24,000 nucleotides of DNA from Polycyclovorans algicola TG408 (GCF_000711245.1 NZ_JOMH01000001.1:466830-490829), one strand, 5' to 3'. Shown: positions 1 through 10,031, counted from the first letter of the stretch. The notes: generated by a model from the letters alone, not told the origin. Made by a program: numbers and translations.

Positions 1-1560
1 AAAGCGAATCGGATCACCTACGGCCATCGCTTTCACGCACCGCAGGCCATCCAGCTCGACGCGCCCGAGCCCTACGCCGACCGGCTGTTCGACGCCAAGG
101 TGATTGCCGACCCGCAAACCCGCAAGACCCACATCGCCGCGCAGATCAGCGCCGAGGCGCAGGCGGCCGGTGGCCACGCGCGCGTCACCGGGGATTTGCT
201 CGACGAAGTCAGCGCGCTGGTCGAATGGCCGGTGGCCATCACCGGCCATTTCGAGTCGCGGTTTCTCGAGCTGCCGCCCGAGGTCATCGTCGCCACGGTG
301 GAGACCAACCAACGTTATTTCACCGTGTTCGAAGACCCCGAACAGACGCGGCTGACCTCGGCGTTCATCACCGTCATCAACATCGAAAGCCGCGATGTGG
401 CGCAGGTGATCACTGGCAACGAGCGCGTGGTGCGGCCGCGCCTCAGCGACGCCGCGTTTTTCTTCGACCAGGATCGCGCCATCCCCCTGACGCAACACGC
501 CGAAGGCCTGGCGCGCGTCACCTTTCAGCAGGCGCTGGGCACGGTGGCCGACAAGCAGGCGCGCATCGCCGTGCTGGCCACGGCGCTGGCCCGCGAGACC
601 GGTGCCAGCGATCAGCGCGTTGCCGACGTGCAGCGCGCCGCTGCGCTGTGCAAGGCCGATCTGGTCACCAAGATGGTCTTTGAGTTCCCGGAATTGCAGG
701 GCCTGATGGGCGGCGACTATGCCCGCCGCAATGGCGCGCCCGAGGGCGTCTGGCGCGCCATTGCCGAGCACTATCTGCCGACCCAGCAGGGCACGCCGAT
801 TCCGTCAACGCCCGAAGGCCAGATGGTGGCGCTTGCCGACAAACTCGACACCTTGGCCGGCATCTTCGCCATCGGCCAGAAGCCCACCGCCAGCAAAGAT
901 CCTTACGCCCTGCGGCGTGCGGCGCTGGGGGTGTTGCGGGTTCTGATTGAGGGCGGCTGGTCGCTGGACTTGCAGGCGGCGCTGAAAATGGCGCTTGACG
1001 CGCAGCCAGCCGGCGATCGCGGCGCGCAAACCCTGACCGCGCTGCTCGACTTCACCATGGAGCGCCTGCGCGCTTACCGCGTGGGCACCGAGGCGGATGG
1101 CCGTGCCATCACACCCGAAGCCTTCGAGGCGGTTCGTGCCCTGGGCGGCACGCGGCCCCTGGATGTCGAGCAGCGCCTGCTGGCCGTTCATGGCTTCACC
1201 GTGCTGCCCGCCGCCAGTGCGCTGGCCGCCGCCAACAAACGCATCCGCAACGTGCTGCGCCAGGCTGAAGAGCGCGAGCCCGGCTCAACCGCGCATGCCG
1301 TGGATGACGAGGCCCTGAAGCACACCAGCGAGCAGGCGTTGTGGACCACCATCACCGCCCTGGAAAAGCGCGGCGCGGGTGACGACTACGCCGCACGGCT
1401 GGTCGACCTGGCCAGCCTGCGTGACCCAGTGGACGACTTCTTCGACGCCGTCATGGTCAACGATCCCGATGCCGCCATCCGCCAGAACCGCCTGGCGCTG
1501 CTGGCCCGTGTGGATGCGTTGTGCCGCGAAGTGGCCGACCTGTCGCAGTTGCCGGGGTGA
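1..1560 (+). CDS. glyS: Glycine--tRNA ligase beta subunit, 5'-truncated by the window edge
   Basis: Frame 1 is open from nt 1; the track only starts at the first Met at 100. The translation begins KANRITYGHRFHAPQAIQL and continues with GlyS-like blocks (ETNQRYF, ERVVRPRLSDAAFFF, FPELQGLMGGDYA, DPYALRRAALGVLR). Stop TGA is at 1558-1560. Confidence 0.95.
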   Translation, partial: KANRITYGHRFHAPQAIQLDAPEPYADRLFDAKVIADPQTRKTHIAAQISAEAQAAGGHARVTGDLLDEVSALVEWPVAITGHFESRFLELPPEVIVATVETNQRYFTVFEDPEQTRLTSAFITVINIESRDVAQVITGNERVVRPRLSDAAFFFDQDRAIPLTQHAEGLARVTFQQALGTVADKQARIAVLATALARETGASDQRVADVQRAAALCKADLVTKMVFEFPELQGLMGGDYARRNGAPEGVWRAIAEHYLPTQQGTPIPSTPEGQMVALADKLDTLAGIFAIGQKPTASKDPYALRRAALGVLRVLIEGGWSLDLQAALKMALDAQPAGDRGAQTLTALLDFTMERLRAYRVGTEADGRAITPEAFEAVRALGGTRPLDVEQRLLAVHGFTVLPAASALAAANKRIRNVLRQAEEREPGSTAHAVDDEALKHTSEQALWTTITALEKRGAGDDYAARLVDLASLRDPVDDFFDAVMVNDPDAAIRQNRLALLARVDALCREVADLSQLPG

Positions 1561-1570
1561 GCCGGATCAA

Positions 1571-1593
1571 GCGGATGTCCACTGGACATCCGC
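1571..1593. repeat. Perfect 23-nt palindrome 11 nt after the glyS stop; possible transcript-end hairpin or protein-binding site
   Basis: gcggatgtcca-c-tggacatccgc reads identically on both strands except for the central base. No U-tract follows (gccggggcggg). Confidence 0.5.
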
Positions 1594-1740
1594 GCCGGGG
1601 CGGGAAAGCAGACTGCGGTCGCTGCACGGACGGCACTCCCGAGGCAACATACGAATGGGTGTGGGGCCTCGGCGAATGTGACTCGGTTGTCGCGGGAAAT
1701 GCCCTTGGGACCAAGGGTTTGCAAAGCACGGAGCAGGGTC

Positions 1741-2313
1741 ATGAACAGCATGAAATGGGTGATTCTCGACCGCGACGGCGTCATCAACCACGACTCGCCG
1801 AATCACATCAAGTCGGTGGCCGAGTGGCACGCGCTGCCCGGCAGCATTGAGGCCATTGCGCGACTCTGCCAGGCGGGCTTTCGGGTGTTTATCGCCACCA
1901 ACCAGGCCGGTATCGGTCGCAGCCTTTTCACCCACGACGCACTGCTGGCGATGTTCGACTACCTGCAGCGCCGCGTCGCCGAAATGGGCGGCCGCATTGA
2001 TGGCATCGAGTTCGCGCCCGAGCACCCCGACCACGCCACCGAGATGCGCAAACCCAACCCCGGCATGCTCAAGGATCTGGCGCGCCGGCTGGGCCAGCCG
2101 CTGGACGGGGTGTGGTTCATCGGCGATTCGCCGGGCGATGTGCACGCCGCACTGAATGCGGGCGCGCAGCCGGTGCTGGTGCGCACCGGCAACGGCGCCG
2201 CCACCGAAGCCGCGCTGGACGACGCGCTCAAGGCCCGGGTGCCGTGCTTCGACGACCTTGCGGCGGCCGCACGCGCGCTGATCAGTCGCTCAACCGTGAC
2301 CGCGTCAGCCTGA
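1741..2313 (+). CDS. gmhB: D-glycero-beta-D-manno-heptose-1,7-bisphosphate 7-phosphatase (HAD superfamily)
   Basis: The translation carries HAD motif I (ILDRDGVIN), then ATNQAGIGR, RKPNPGML and FIGDSPGDV. It is 190 aa from ATG 1741, which has GGAG 7 nt upstream. The track's longer start at 1678 lacks support. glyS-gmhB adjacency is common in gammaproteobacteria. Confidence 0.85.
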   Translation: MNSMKWVILDRDGVINHDSPNHIKSVAEWHALPGSIEAIARLCQAGFRVFIATNQAGIGRSLFTHDALLAMFDYLQRRVAEMGGRIDGIEFAPEHPDHATEMRKPNPGMLKDLARRLGQPLDGVWFIGDSPGDVHAALNAGAQPVLVRTGNGAATEAALDDALKARVPCFDDLAAAARALISRSTVTASA

Positions 2314-2647
2314 TCGCCACGTCGTTGACGTTGGGCAGGATGCCGGGCTTGTGCACGGTCAGCGTGAGCGCATCAATCGCGCCGAACTCCGCCAGCAGCG
2401 CGCTGCAGATGCGCCCGGCCAGGGCCTCAAGCAGTTGCGGCTGCTCGCGCGCGCAGACGGCGGTCACGCAGGCGGCAACGGCGGCGTAGTCGACGGTGTC
2501 CTGCACGTCGTCGCTGCGGGCGGCGGCACTCAGATCAACGCTCAGCGCAAGGTCGAGCATTAACGGTCGCGGCGCCACGCGCTCCCAGTCGTAGACCCCA
2601 ATCAGCGCCTCGACCGCCATGCCATTGAGCAGGATGACGTCGCTCAT
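2282..2647 (-). CDS. folB: Dihydroneopterin aldolase
   Basis: The 121-aa product reads [35 protein letters not shown]...DTVDYAAV...LTLTVHKPG, a FolB-like sequence of typical size. ATG at 2645-2647 overlaps the tsaD stop as ATGA. The N-terminal extension in the track (to 2920) runs inside tsaD and is rejected. Confidence 0.9.
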   Translation of the reverse strand: MSDVILLNGMAVEALIGVYDWERVAPRPLMLDLALSVDLSAAARSDDVQDTVDYAAVAACVTAVCAREQPQLLEALAGRICSALLAEFGAIDALTLTVHKPGILPNVNDVAIRLTRSRLSD

Positions 2648-3666
2648 GCCGCCTCTCCGACCGGCCCGAGGTCGGCCAGCGACCAGCGCGGCGTGGCAAA
2701 AATACCGTCGCCCGGCGACCGGGCCTCGGCCCGCCGCTGCCAGCCGACATAGGCAATCATTGCCGCGTTGTCGGTGCAGAACGCCTGCCGGGGAAACGCC
2801 AGCCGCACCCGCTGCTGCGCGGCCCAGGCACCGAGCTTGTCGCGCAGCCGCAGATTGGCGCCAACGCCGCCGGCCACCACGAGGGTCGAATACCCGGTGG
2901 CCTCGATGGCGCGGGCACACTTGATACGCAGCGTGTCGGTCACTGCCTCTTCAAAGCCGCGCGCCAAATCGGCGCGCGCGGTGTCGTCCAAGACCTCGGG
3001 AATACGCGTGGCCACCGCCGTTTTCAGCCCCGAAAACGAAAAGTCCAGCCCCGGCCGGTCGGTCATCGGTCGCGGAAAGCGATACACCCCTTCGCGGCCC
3101 TGCTCGGCGAGTTTGGCCAGCGCCGGCCCGCCAGGATAGGGCAGGCCCAGCAACTTGGCGGTCTTGTCGAAGGCCTCGCCCACCGCGTCATCAAGGCTTT
3201 GGCCCAAGACGCGATAGCGGCCAATCCCCTCGACCGCCACCAGCAGCGTGTGACCGCCGGACACCAGCAGCGCGACGAACGGAAAGCTCGGCGGGTCGGG
3301 TTCCAGCATCGGTGCCAGCAGGTGCCCTTCCATGTGATGCACCGGCACCATGCCGCAGCCCAGCGCCTGCGCCAGCCCGGCAGCCGTGGCGCCACCCACC
3401 ATCAGCGCGCCGATCAGCCCCGGCCCGGCGGTGTAGGCCACCCCTGTGAGATCGGCAAAGCCCAGCCCGGCGTCGGCGAGGGTGTCGCGCACCAAGGGCA
3501 CCACCCGTGTCAGGTGATCCCGCGAGGCCAACTCGGGCACCACGCCGCCATACTCGGCGTGCAGGGCAATCTGGGTGTGCAGGCGGTGGGCCCGTAGGCC
3601 GGCAACGTCGTCATAAATCGCGACGGCGGTTTCATCACAGGAAGACTCAATGGCGAGGATGCTCAT
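2644..3666 (-). CDS. tsaD: tRNA N6-adenosine threonylcarbamoyltransferase TsaD (Gcp/YgjD family)
   Basis: The 340-aa product starts [19 protein letters not shown] and contains [18 protein letters not shown] and VAGGVGAN motifs. It is divergent from rpsU, as in many gammaproteobacteria. Confidence 0.95.
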   Translation of the reverse strand: MSILAIESSCDETAVAIYDDVAGLRAHRLHTQIALHAEYGGVVPELASRDHLTRVVPLVRDTLADAGLGFADLTGVAYTAGPGLIGALMVGGATAAGLAQALGCGMVPVHHMEGHLLAPMLEPDPPSFPFVALLVSGGHTLLVAVEGIGRYRVLGQSLDDAVGEAFDKTAKLLGLPYPGGPALAKLAEQGREGVYRFPRPMTDRPGLDFSFSGLKTAVATRIPEVLDDTARADLARGFEEAVTDTLRIKCARAIEATGYSTLVVAGGVGANLRLRDKLGAWAAQQRVRLAFPRQAFCTDNAAMIAYVGWQRRAEARSPGDGIFATPRWSLADLGPVGEAA

Positions 3667-3674
3667 GGCCTATT

Positions 3675-3703
3675 TTGCATTAGCGGCGCGGGCCGACTAG
3701 AAT
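3675..3703 (+). promoter_or_regulatory. Candidate sigma-70 promoter of the rpsU-yqeY-dnaG-rpoD operon
   Basis: TTGCAT (3675-3680), an exact 17-nt spacer, then TAGAAT (3698-3703). It lies 85 nt upstream of the rpsU ATG in the tsaD/rpsU divergent spacer. Confidence 0.55.
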
Positions 3704-3787
3704 CCACGCCCTTTTTCGACGCAGCGCCATTTATTGGGCGCCGCGCTGAAGCCTGATCACCCGTCTGCATCAACGAGATTTTTTTGC

Positions 3788-4003
3788 ATGCCCAACGTTC
3801 GTATCCGCGACAACGAGCCGTTTGAAGTCGCCCTGCGCCGTTTCAAGCGCACCTGTGAAAAAGCTGGCGTCCTCACCGATGTCCGCAAGAAAGAAGCATT
3901 CGAGAAGCCCAGCATGGAACGCAAGCGCAAGCGCGCTGCGGCCGTGAAGCGCCAGGCCAAGAAGGTCCTGCGCGAAACCAACCGGCGTACGCGGCTTTAC
4001 TAA
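3788..4003 (+). CDS. rpsU: 30S ribosomal protein S21
   Basis: The 71-aa product [29 protein letters not shown]...RRTRLY is a typical bS21. The track's upstream Met at 3734 is rejected. Confidence 0.95.
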   Translation: MPNVRIRDNEPFEVALRRFKRTCEKAGVLTDVRKKEAFEKPSMERKRKRAAAVKRQAKKVLRETNRRTRLY

Positions 4004-4029
4004 GCCCCCGGTAGTGCCTGAGTGGTTTT

Positions 4030-4067
4030 GGAGGCTCGCGACCGTCTCGCGGGCCTCCTTTGGTTTG
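4030..4067 (+). terminator. Intrinsic terminator or attenuator between rpsU and yqeY
   Basis: A 12-bp stem, ggaggctcgcga (4030-4041) with tcgcgggcctcc (4047-4058), contains one G-U pair. The loop is ccgtc and the stem is followed by tttggtttg. Its position parallels the internal terminator described in the E. coli rpsU-dnaG-rpoD operon. Confidence 0.65.
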
Positions 4068-4086
4068 TCTGTTCGAGGTGTAGACC

Positions 4087-4539
4087 ATGGCTGATCTGAA
4101 GACCCGCGTTGCAGATGACATCAAGACCGCCATGCGTGCCGGCGACAAGCTGCGTCTGTCGGTGTTGCGCATGCTCAGCGCCGAGCTCAAGCAGCGCGAA
4201 GTCGTCGAGCAGCAGACCCTCAACGACACCGTGGTGATGGCCGCCATCGAAAAGATGGTCAAACAACGGCGCGACTCCGAAAAACAGTTCCGCGACGGCG
4301 ATCGCCCCGAACTGGCCGACAAGGAAGCCGCCGAAATTGTCGTGCTGCAGGACTATCTGCCGCAGGCATTGAGCGAGCTTGAGCTCGCTGCGCTACTGGA
4401 TCAGGCCTTCGCCGAAACCGGTGCGGCCGAGCCCAAAGACATGGGCAAGGTGATTGGCTGGCTCAAGCCCAAGGTCGCTGGGCGTGCCGACATGGGCGCG
4501 CTGTCGGCGCAGGTCAAGGCTCGCCTCAATCAGGGCTGA
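4087..4539 (+). CDS. GatB/YqeY domain-containing protein
   Basis: The 150-aa product reads MADLKTRVADDIKTAMRAGDKLRLSVLRMLSAELKQREV...KDMGKVIGWLKPKVAGRADMGALSAQVK, the YqeY family pattern. GAGGTG lies upstream of the ATG. Confidence 0.9.
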   Translation: MADLKTRVADDIKTAMRAGDKLRLSVLRMLSAELKQREVVEQQTLNDTVVMAAIEKMVKQRRDSEKQFRDGDRPELADKEAAEIVVLQDYLPQALSELELAALLDQAFAETGAAEPKDMGKVIGWLKPKVAGRADMGALSAQVKARLNQG

Positions 4540-4567
4540 CCTGACGCGCCACGGCTAGACTCCCGCC

Positions 4568-6304
4568 GTGAGTGGCCGAATCCCCGACAGCTTCATCCAG
4601 GATCTGCTGGCCAGGACTGACATCCTGGAGCTGATCGGCGCGCGCGTGGAGCTCAAGCGCGCCGGCAAGGAATGGAAGGGCTGCTCGCCGTTCACCCACG
4701 AAAAAACCCCGTCGTTCTTCGTCTCGCCCACCAAGCAGATGTACTTCGACTTCAGTTCCGGCAAAAACGGCAACGCCATCGGCTTTCTGATGGAGCACGA
4801 CCGGCTCAGTTTCGTCGATGCCGTCGAGGCGCTGGCGCAGATGGCCGGGCTGGACGTACCGCGCGAGGGCGGCCATGTCGACCGGCTGGTGCTCGAAGGC
4901 CCACTAGACGCGCTGGCCGTGGCGCAACGTCATTTTCGCGACCAGCTGCGCCAAAGTCCCGACAGCCAAACCTATCTGCGTGAGCGCGGCGTCACGGCCG
5001 AGACCGCCAAAGCCTTCGGCCTGGGCTTTGCGCCGGATCGCTGGGACGCGCTGGCCGCGCATTTCACTCCGGCCACCCTGGCCCACGCCGTCAGCGCCGG
5101 TTTGCTGATCGAGCGCGATGGCGGCGGACGGCCCTATGACCGTTTCCGGGGCCGCATCATGTTTCCGATTCGCGATGCGCGCGGCCGGGTCATCGCCTAC
5201 GGCGGGCGAACCGTGATCAAGGACCCCGCCAAATACCTGAACTCGCCAGAGACGCCGCTGTTTCACAAGGGCCGCGAACTGTACGGGCTGTTCGAGGCCA
5301 AGGCGGCGCGCAAGGCAGCCCTGCCACATGTCCTGGTGGTCGAGGGCTATATGGACGTGGTGATGCTGCACCAGGCCGGCATCACCGACGCGGTGGCCAC
5401 GCTGGGCACCGCCACCACCCGCGATCACCTGCAGCGCCTGTTTCGCGAGACCACCAAGGTCATTTTTTGCTTCGACGGTGACGCCGCCGGGGGCCGTGCG
5501 GCATGGCGGGCGCTGGAACAGGCCCTGCCCGAGCTGCACGGCGCCCGCGAGTGCCGCTTCATGTTTCTGCCGCAGGGCCACGACCCGGACAGCCTCATCC
5601 AGGCCGAAGGCCGCGACGCCTTTGAGCAACGCATCAAAGACGCGACACCGCTGTCGACTTACCTGATCGAAACCCTCACCGAGCAGGCGCCGACCACCTC
5701 CATTGAGGGACGTGCCCGCTTTGTCGCACTGGCACAGCCGCATCTGCGGCGCGTGCCCGAGGGGCCCTTCAAGTCGCTGCTGACCGACGCGCTGGCCGCG
5801 ACGGCGCGGCTGTCTGCGGACCAGTTGGCCGATGACGCCACCGCACCTTCTGTCGTCACGACACCGGCTACCCCCAAACGATCAGGCCGCGCCAGCGGTC
5901 AGACCCTGATCATCAAGGGCGCCCTGCGCGCCCTGCTGGAACGCCCGGCACTGGCCGAACGCGCCCAACATGTCGAGGCCTTTGCGGCGGCTGCGCTGCC
6001 GGGACTGAACATCCTCACCCGCGCCATCGATTACTTTCAGAGCCACCCAAACGCGACCGCAGCGCAACTCCTGGAGAGCTGGCGTGACAGCAAGGAGGGC
6101 GAGGCGCTGATGCGGGTGATGGCCGAGCCCAGCCTGCTCGATGACGACGCCTTGGCCCGTGAGTTCGACGACGCCCTGGACAAGCTGTGGCGCGGCATTC
6201 GGCGCAGCCGCTATACCGACCTGCTGAACGCCTCGACCACCCGTTCGCTGAGTGGGGCAGAGCAGCAGGAACTGGGCACGATCATGCGTGAGCTCAACGC
6301 CTGA
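4568..6304 (+). CDS. dnaG: DNA primase with an atypical zinc-ribbon region
   Basis: GTG start. The product has an RNA-polymerase core (RFRGRIMFPIRDARGRVIAYGGR, KYLNSPETPLFHKGRELYG) and TOPRIM motifs (VVEGYMDV, FCFDGDAAG). The N-terminal zf-CHC2-like block is present, but the metal ligands are substituted (see findings). Confidence 0.93.
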   Translation: MSGRIPDSFIQDLLARTDILELIGARVELKRAGKEWKGCSPFTHEKTPSFFVSPTKQMYFDFSSGKNGNAIGFLMEHDRLSFVDAVEALAQMAGLDVPREGGHVDRLVLEGPLDALAVAQRHFRDQLRQSPDSQTYLRERGVTAETAKAFGLGFAPDRWDALAAHFTPATLAHAVSAGLLIERDGGGRPYDRFRGRIMFPIRDARGRVIAYGGRTVIKDPAKYLNSPETPLFHKGRELYGLFEAKAARKAALPHVLVVEGYMDVVMLHQAGITDAVATLGTATTRDHLQRLFRETTKVIFCFDGDAAGGRAAWRALEQALPELHGARECRFMFLPQGHDPDSLIQAEGRDAFEQRIKDATPLSTYLIETLTEQAPTTSIEGRARFVALAQPHLRRVPEGPFKSLLTDALAATARLSADQLADDATAPSVVTTPATPKRSGRASGQTLIIKGALRALLERPALAERAQHVEAFAAAALPGLNILTRAIDYFQSHPNATAAQLLESWRDSKEGEALMRVMAEPSLLDDDALAREFDDALDKLWRGIRRSRYTDLLNASTTRSLSGAEQQELGTIMRELNA

Positions 6305-6445
6305 GCGCCCGCGCGGCGTGTCGATTGGCGGCTGCGGATTGAAAAGCCGGCAACCGTCAGCACATTGACAACCTGACCCGACCAGCAAGCGCCGCAAACC
6401 GGCCCTCAGCAAGGCTTATTCGGACTTCCACTGCAGGCGCTCCTG

Positions 6446-6451
6446 TATAAT
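6446..6451 (+). promoter_or_regulatory. Candidate -10 element of an rpoD-proximal promoter
   Basis: A perfect TATAAT sits 41 nt upstream of the rpoD ATG, in a locally AT-rich patch of the 187-nt dnaG-rpoD spacer. No good -35 is present at 16-18 nt. Confidence 0.35.
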
Positions 6452-6491
6452 ATCCGGTTCCGCGCCGCATTTTGAAATTTTTAGGTCCCGC

Positions 6492-8384
<1,893 letters not shown>

Positions 8385-8395
8385 GTCGTATTGCT

Positions 8396-8436
8396 GCCCA
8401 CAAAAAACCCCGCCTTGTGCGGGGTTTTTTGTGGGC
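8396..8436. terminator. Bidirectional rho-independent terminator downstream of rpoD
   Basis: A perfect 18-bp stem, gcccacaaaaaaccccgc (8396-8413) with gcggggttttttgtgggc (8419-8436), has the loop cttgt. A GC core followed by a T6 run is present when read on either strand. Confidence 0.85.
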
Positions 8437-8583
8437 CTGATCAAGCGGCGGCAACGACTTTGCAGGCTGGGCCAAGCTTGCGAAACCCGGCAATGATGAT
8501 GATCACCGTCAGGCTAGGACGTTCGCCGCGCGGCAAACCGCGAAATGGTCACCCCGCACCGCCTGAGCCGATCATCGCAGCCG

Positions 8584-9123
8584 TCAAAGGCTGAAACGAA
8601 ACCCCAGCCCTGCCGAATTGGTTTCTTCTTCCACGGTCAACTTCAGCACCAGCGAAAAGTTCTTCGAGTAGTGCCAGTCGCCGCTGGCGGTGAACGACAG
8701 ATCGTCGCCGAACGGGTCATCCACGCTCAGGTAATCGACCCGCATCATCCCTTCGATGGCCGGGTTGAACAGGTGGCGAATACCAACGCTGCCGCCGAAG
8801 CCCGATGCCGTGGAAAATCCGTCCACCTTGATCCCGCCGCCAATGGCCTCGACAAACAGGTCGGTCGCCGAGGGGTGCACGGCATGGCGATAGCCGAAGC
8901 CATAGCGGCCGACCTGGCGCACGCCGCTGTCGTTGAACCCGGCCACGACATACAGCGCGGGCGTGAGCAGCCCCTGCAAGTCAAGGCCGAAGCCTTTTTC
9001 GCTGTCGGTGTCGGCGACGATGTAACGCAGATCGACGCGGTTGTAACGCAGCTCGGTGGCCACCGCGGACCCCGTGATCAAACAAAGGGCCAAAACCCAG
9101 CCCGCGCCAGTGAAGCGATTCAT
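8584..9123 (-). CDS. Small outer-membrane beta-barrel protein (OMP_b-brl/OmpW-like), function unknown
   Basis: The 179-aa product has a signal peptide (MNRFTGAGWVLALCLITGSAVA-TE), alternating hydrophobic beta-strand patterning, aromatic girdle residues, and a C-terminal GLGFRFSL beta-signal-like end. Confidence 0.75.
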   Translation of the reverse strand: MNRFTGAGWVLALCLITGSAVATELRYNRVDLRYIVADTDSEKGFGLDLQGLLTPALYVVAGFNDSGVRQVGRYGFGYRHAVHPSATDLFVEAIGGGIKVDGFSTASGFGGSVGIRHLFNPAIEGMMRVDYLSVDDPFGDDLSFTASGDWHYSKNFSLVLKLTVEEETNSAGLGFRFSL

Positions 9124-9205
9124 GCCACTCTCTCTTATTCAATTACAGGGAATCCGCAGCGCTTCGGCAGACCGCAAGCCGCTGGCGACTGGCGAGGATA
9201 ACGCG

Positions 9206-9997
9206 ATGCCCAAGGTATTTCAGCGCAGCACGCCCAGCGCCGTGATTTCGGTCACCGCCACGGGGCTGCTGACCTGCGGCACGCTCACCGCACCCGCCCA
9301 TGCGACCGCCGTGCGCGCCGAAGTCGGCCACTGGGATTACCGGCTCACCGGGCAGACCGTCAACGGCAACGCGCTGGATTTCCGGCGCGATCTGGATGTC
9401 GAGACCGTCGACCATGACTACCAACGCCTCAACGTCCACTTCGGCCCCGGCTGGCTACCCGAGATCGGCCTGGGGCGCTACGTCTTGGGGGTTGAAGGTG
9501 ACCGGGTGGTTGAAACCGACCTCCTCAGCTTCGGCGAGATCACGCTGATCAGCGGGCAGACCCAACTTGACGCCTTCGCCGACCTTGAAGACCTCAACCT
9601 CACGCTTCGCTACCCCGTCACGCTGGGCGATACCCTGCGCGCCCACCTCGGCGTCACCGTGCGCCGCGTCGACGGACCGGTGGTGGTGCAAGACCCCGGC
9701 CCGGCGGGCGAATCCGAAATCGACGACCTGCAGGAGCTCTTCCCGCAACTGCATGTGGCCTTCGATTGGCAGCCGGTCTCAGCGCTGACACTGATCGCCG
9801 AGGCCGATTGGGTCGAGTACCGAGACGACGAAGCCTGGCAATGGCGTGTGGCAGCCGATTGGCGCCTGCTCGGCGGTCTCGGCGTGTCGCTTGGGTATCA
9901 CCTGCGCCACTTTTCAGTTCGCGGCAGTGACCTTGCGCTGGATGCCGATTTCAAGGGCGCCCAACTGGGTTTGATCTACCGCTGGGCCACGCGCTGA
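9206..9997 (+). CDS. Hypothetical secreted protein, probable outer-membrane beta-barrel
   Basis: Chosen start is ATG 9206 (MPKVFQRSTPSAVISVTATGLLTCGTLTAPAHA-TA), which gives a signal-peptide-like N-terminus. The rest has amphipathic strand patterning (LNLTLRYPV, LHVAFDW, LTLIAEADW, WRVAADW, LGVSLGYHL, AQLGLIYRW). The track's start at 9056 would overlap the divergent gene. Confidence 0.6.
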   Translation: MPKVFQRSTPSAVISVTATGLLTCGTLTAPAHATAVRAEVGHWDYRLTGQTVNGNALDFRRDLDVETVDHDYQRLNVHFGPGWLPEIGLGRYVLGVEGDRVVETDLLSFGEITLISGQTQLDAFADLEDLNLTLRYPVTLGDTLRAHLGVTVRRVDGPVVVQDPGPAGESEIDDLQELFPQLHVAFDWQPVSALTLIAEADWVEYRDDEAWQWRVAADWRLLGGLGVSLGYHLRHFSVRGSDLALDADFKGAQLGLIYRWATR

Positions 9998-10004
9998 TCG
10001 CACC

Positions 10005-10031
10005 CACAAAAAAGCCCCGCAGGCGGGGCTT
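10005..10031 (-). terminator. Rho-independent terminator for the cytochrome c genes; hairpin shared with the convergent + strand gene
   Basis: The stem aagccccg (10012-10019) with cggggctt (10024-10031) is followed on the minus strand by UUUUGUG (complement of 10005-10011). It lies in the 64-nt convergent spacer. Confidence 0.6.

Noticed and set aside
2648-2920. N-terminal extensions proposed by the longest-ORF track for folB (to 2920), cytochrome c (to 10505), ppx (from 10876), ndh (to 16210), the EcsC gene (to 17153), rpsU (from 3734), gmhB (from 1678) and the 9056 ORF
   Set aside because: The extensions overlap neighbouring genes or add Arg/Pro-rich leaders ahead of conserved N-termini or signal peptides. 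Internal ATGs give products of family-typical length, often with a Shine-Dalgarno sequence.
4904-5743. 279-aa ORF antisense to dnaG, with similar antisense ORFs at 7737-8444 (rpoD), 16106-17159 (EcsC gene), 19147-19877 (uppP) and 8545-9201 (OMP gene)
   Set aside because: These are shadow ORFs opposite strongly supported genes. They are Arg/Pro/Gly-rich and lack a start-codon context or any family resemblance.
6442-6456. CTGTATAATATCC resembling half of a LexA SOS box upstream of rpoD
   Set aside because: No ACAG half-site lies at the required CTGT-N8-ACAG spacing. The CTGT simply abuts the TATAAT -10 element.
8391-8594. 67-aa ORF in the rpoD-OMP spacer, including an MMMITV... sub-ORF at 8493 and an (ATG)3 run
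   Set aside because: It spans the rpoD terminator hairpin, has no RBS and no recognisable features. The ATG triplet repeat is only 3 units long.
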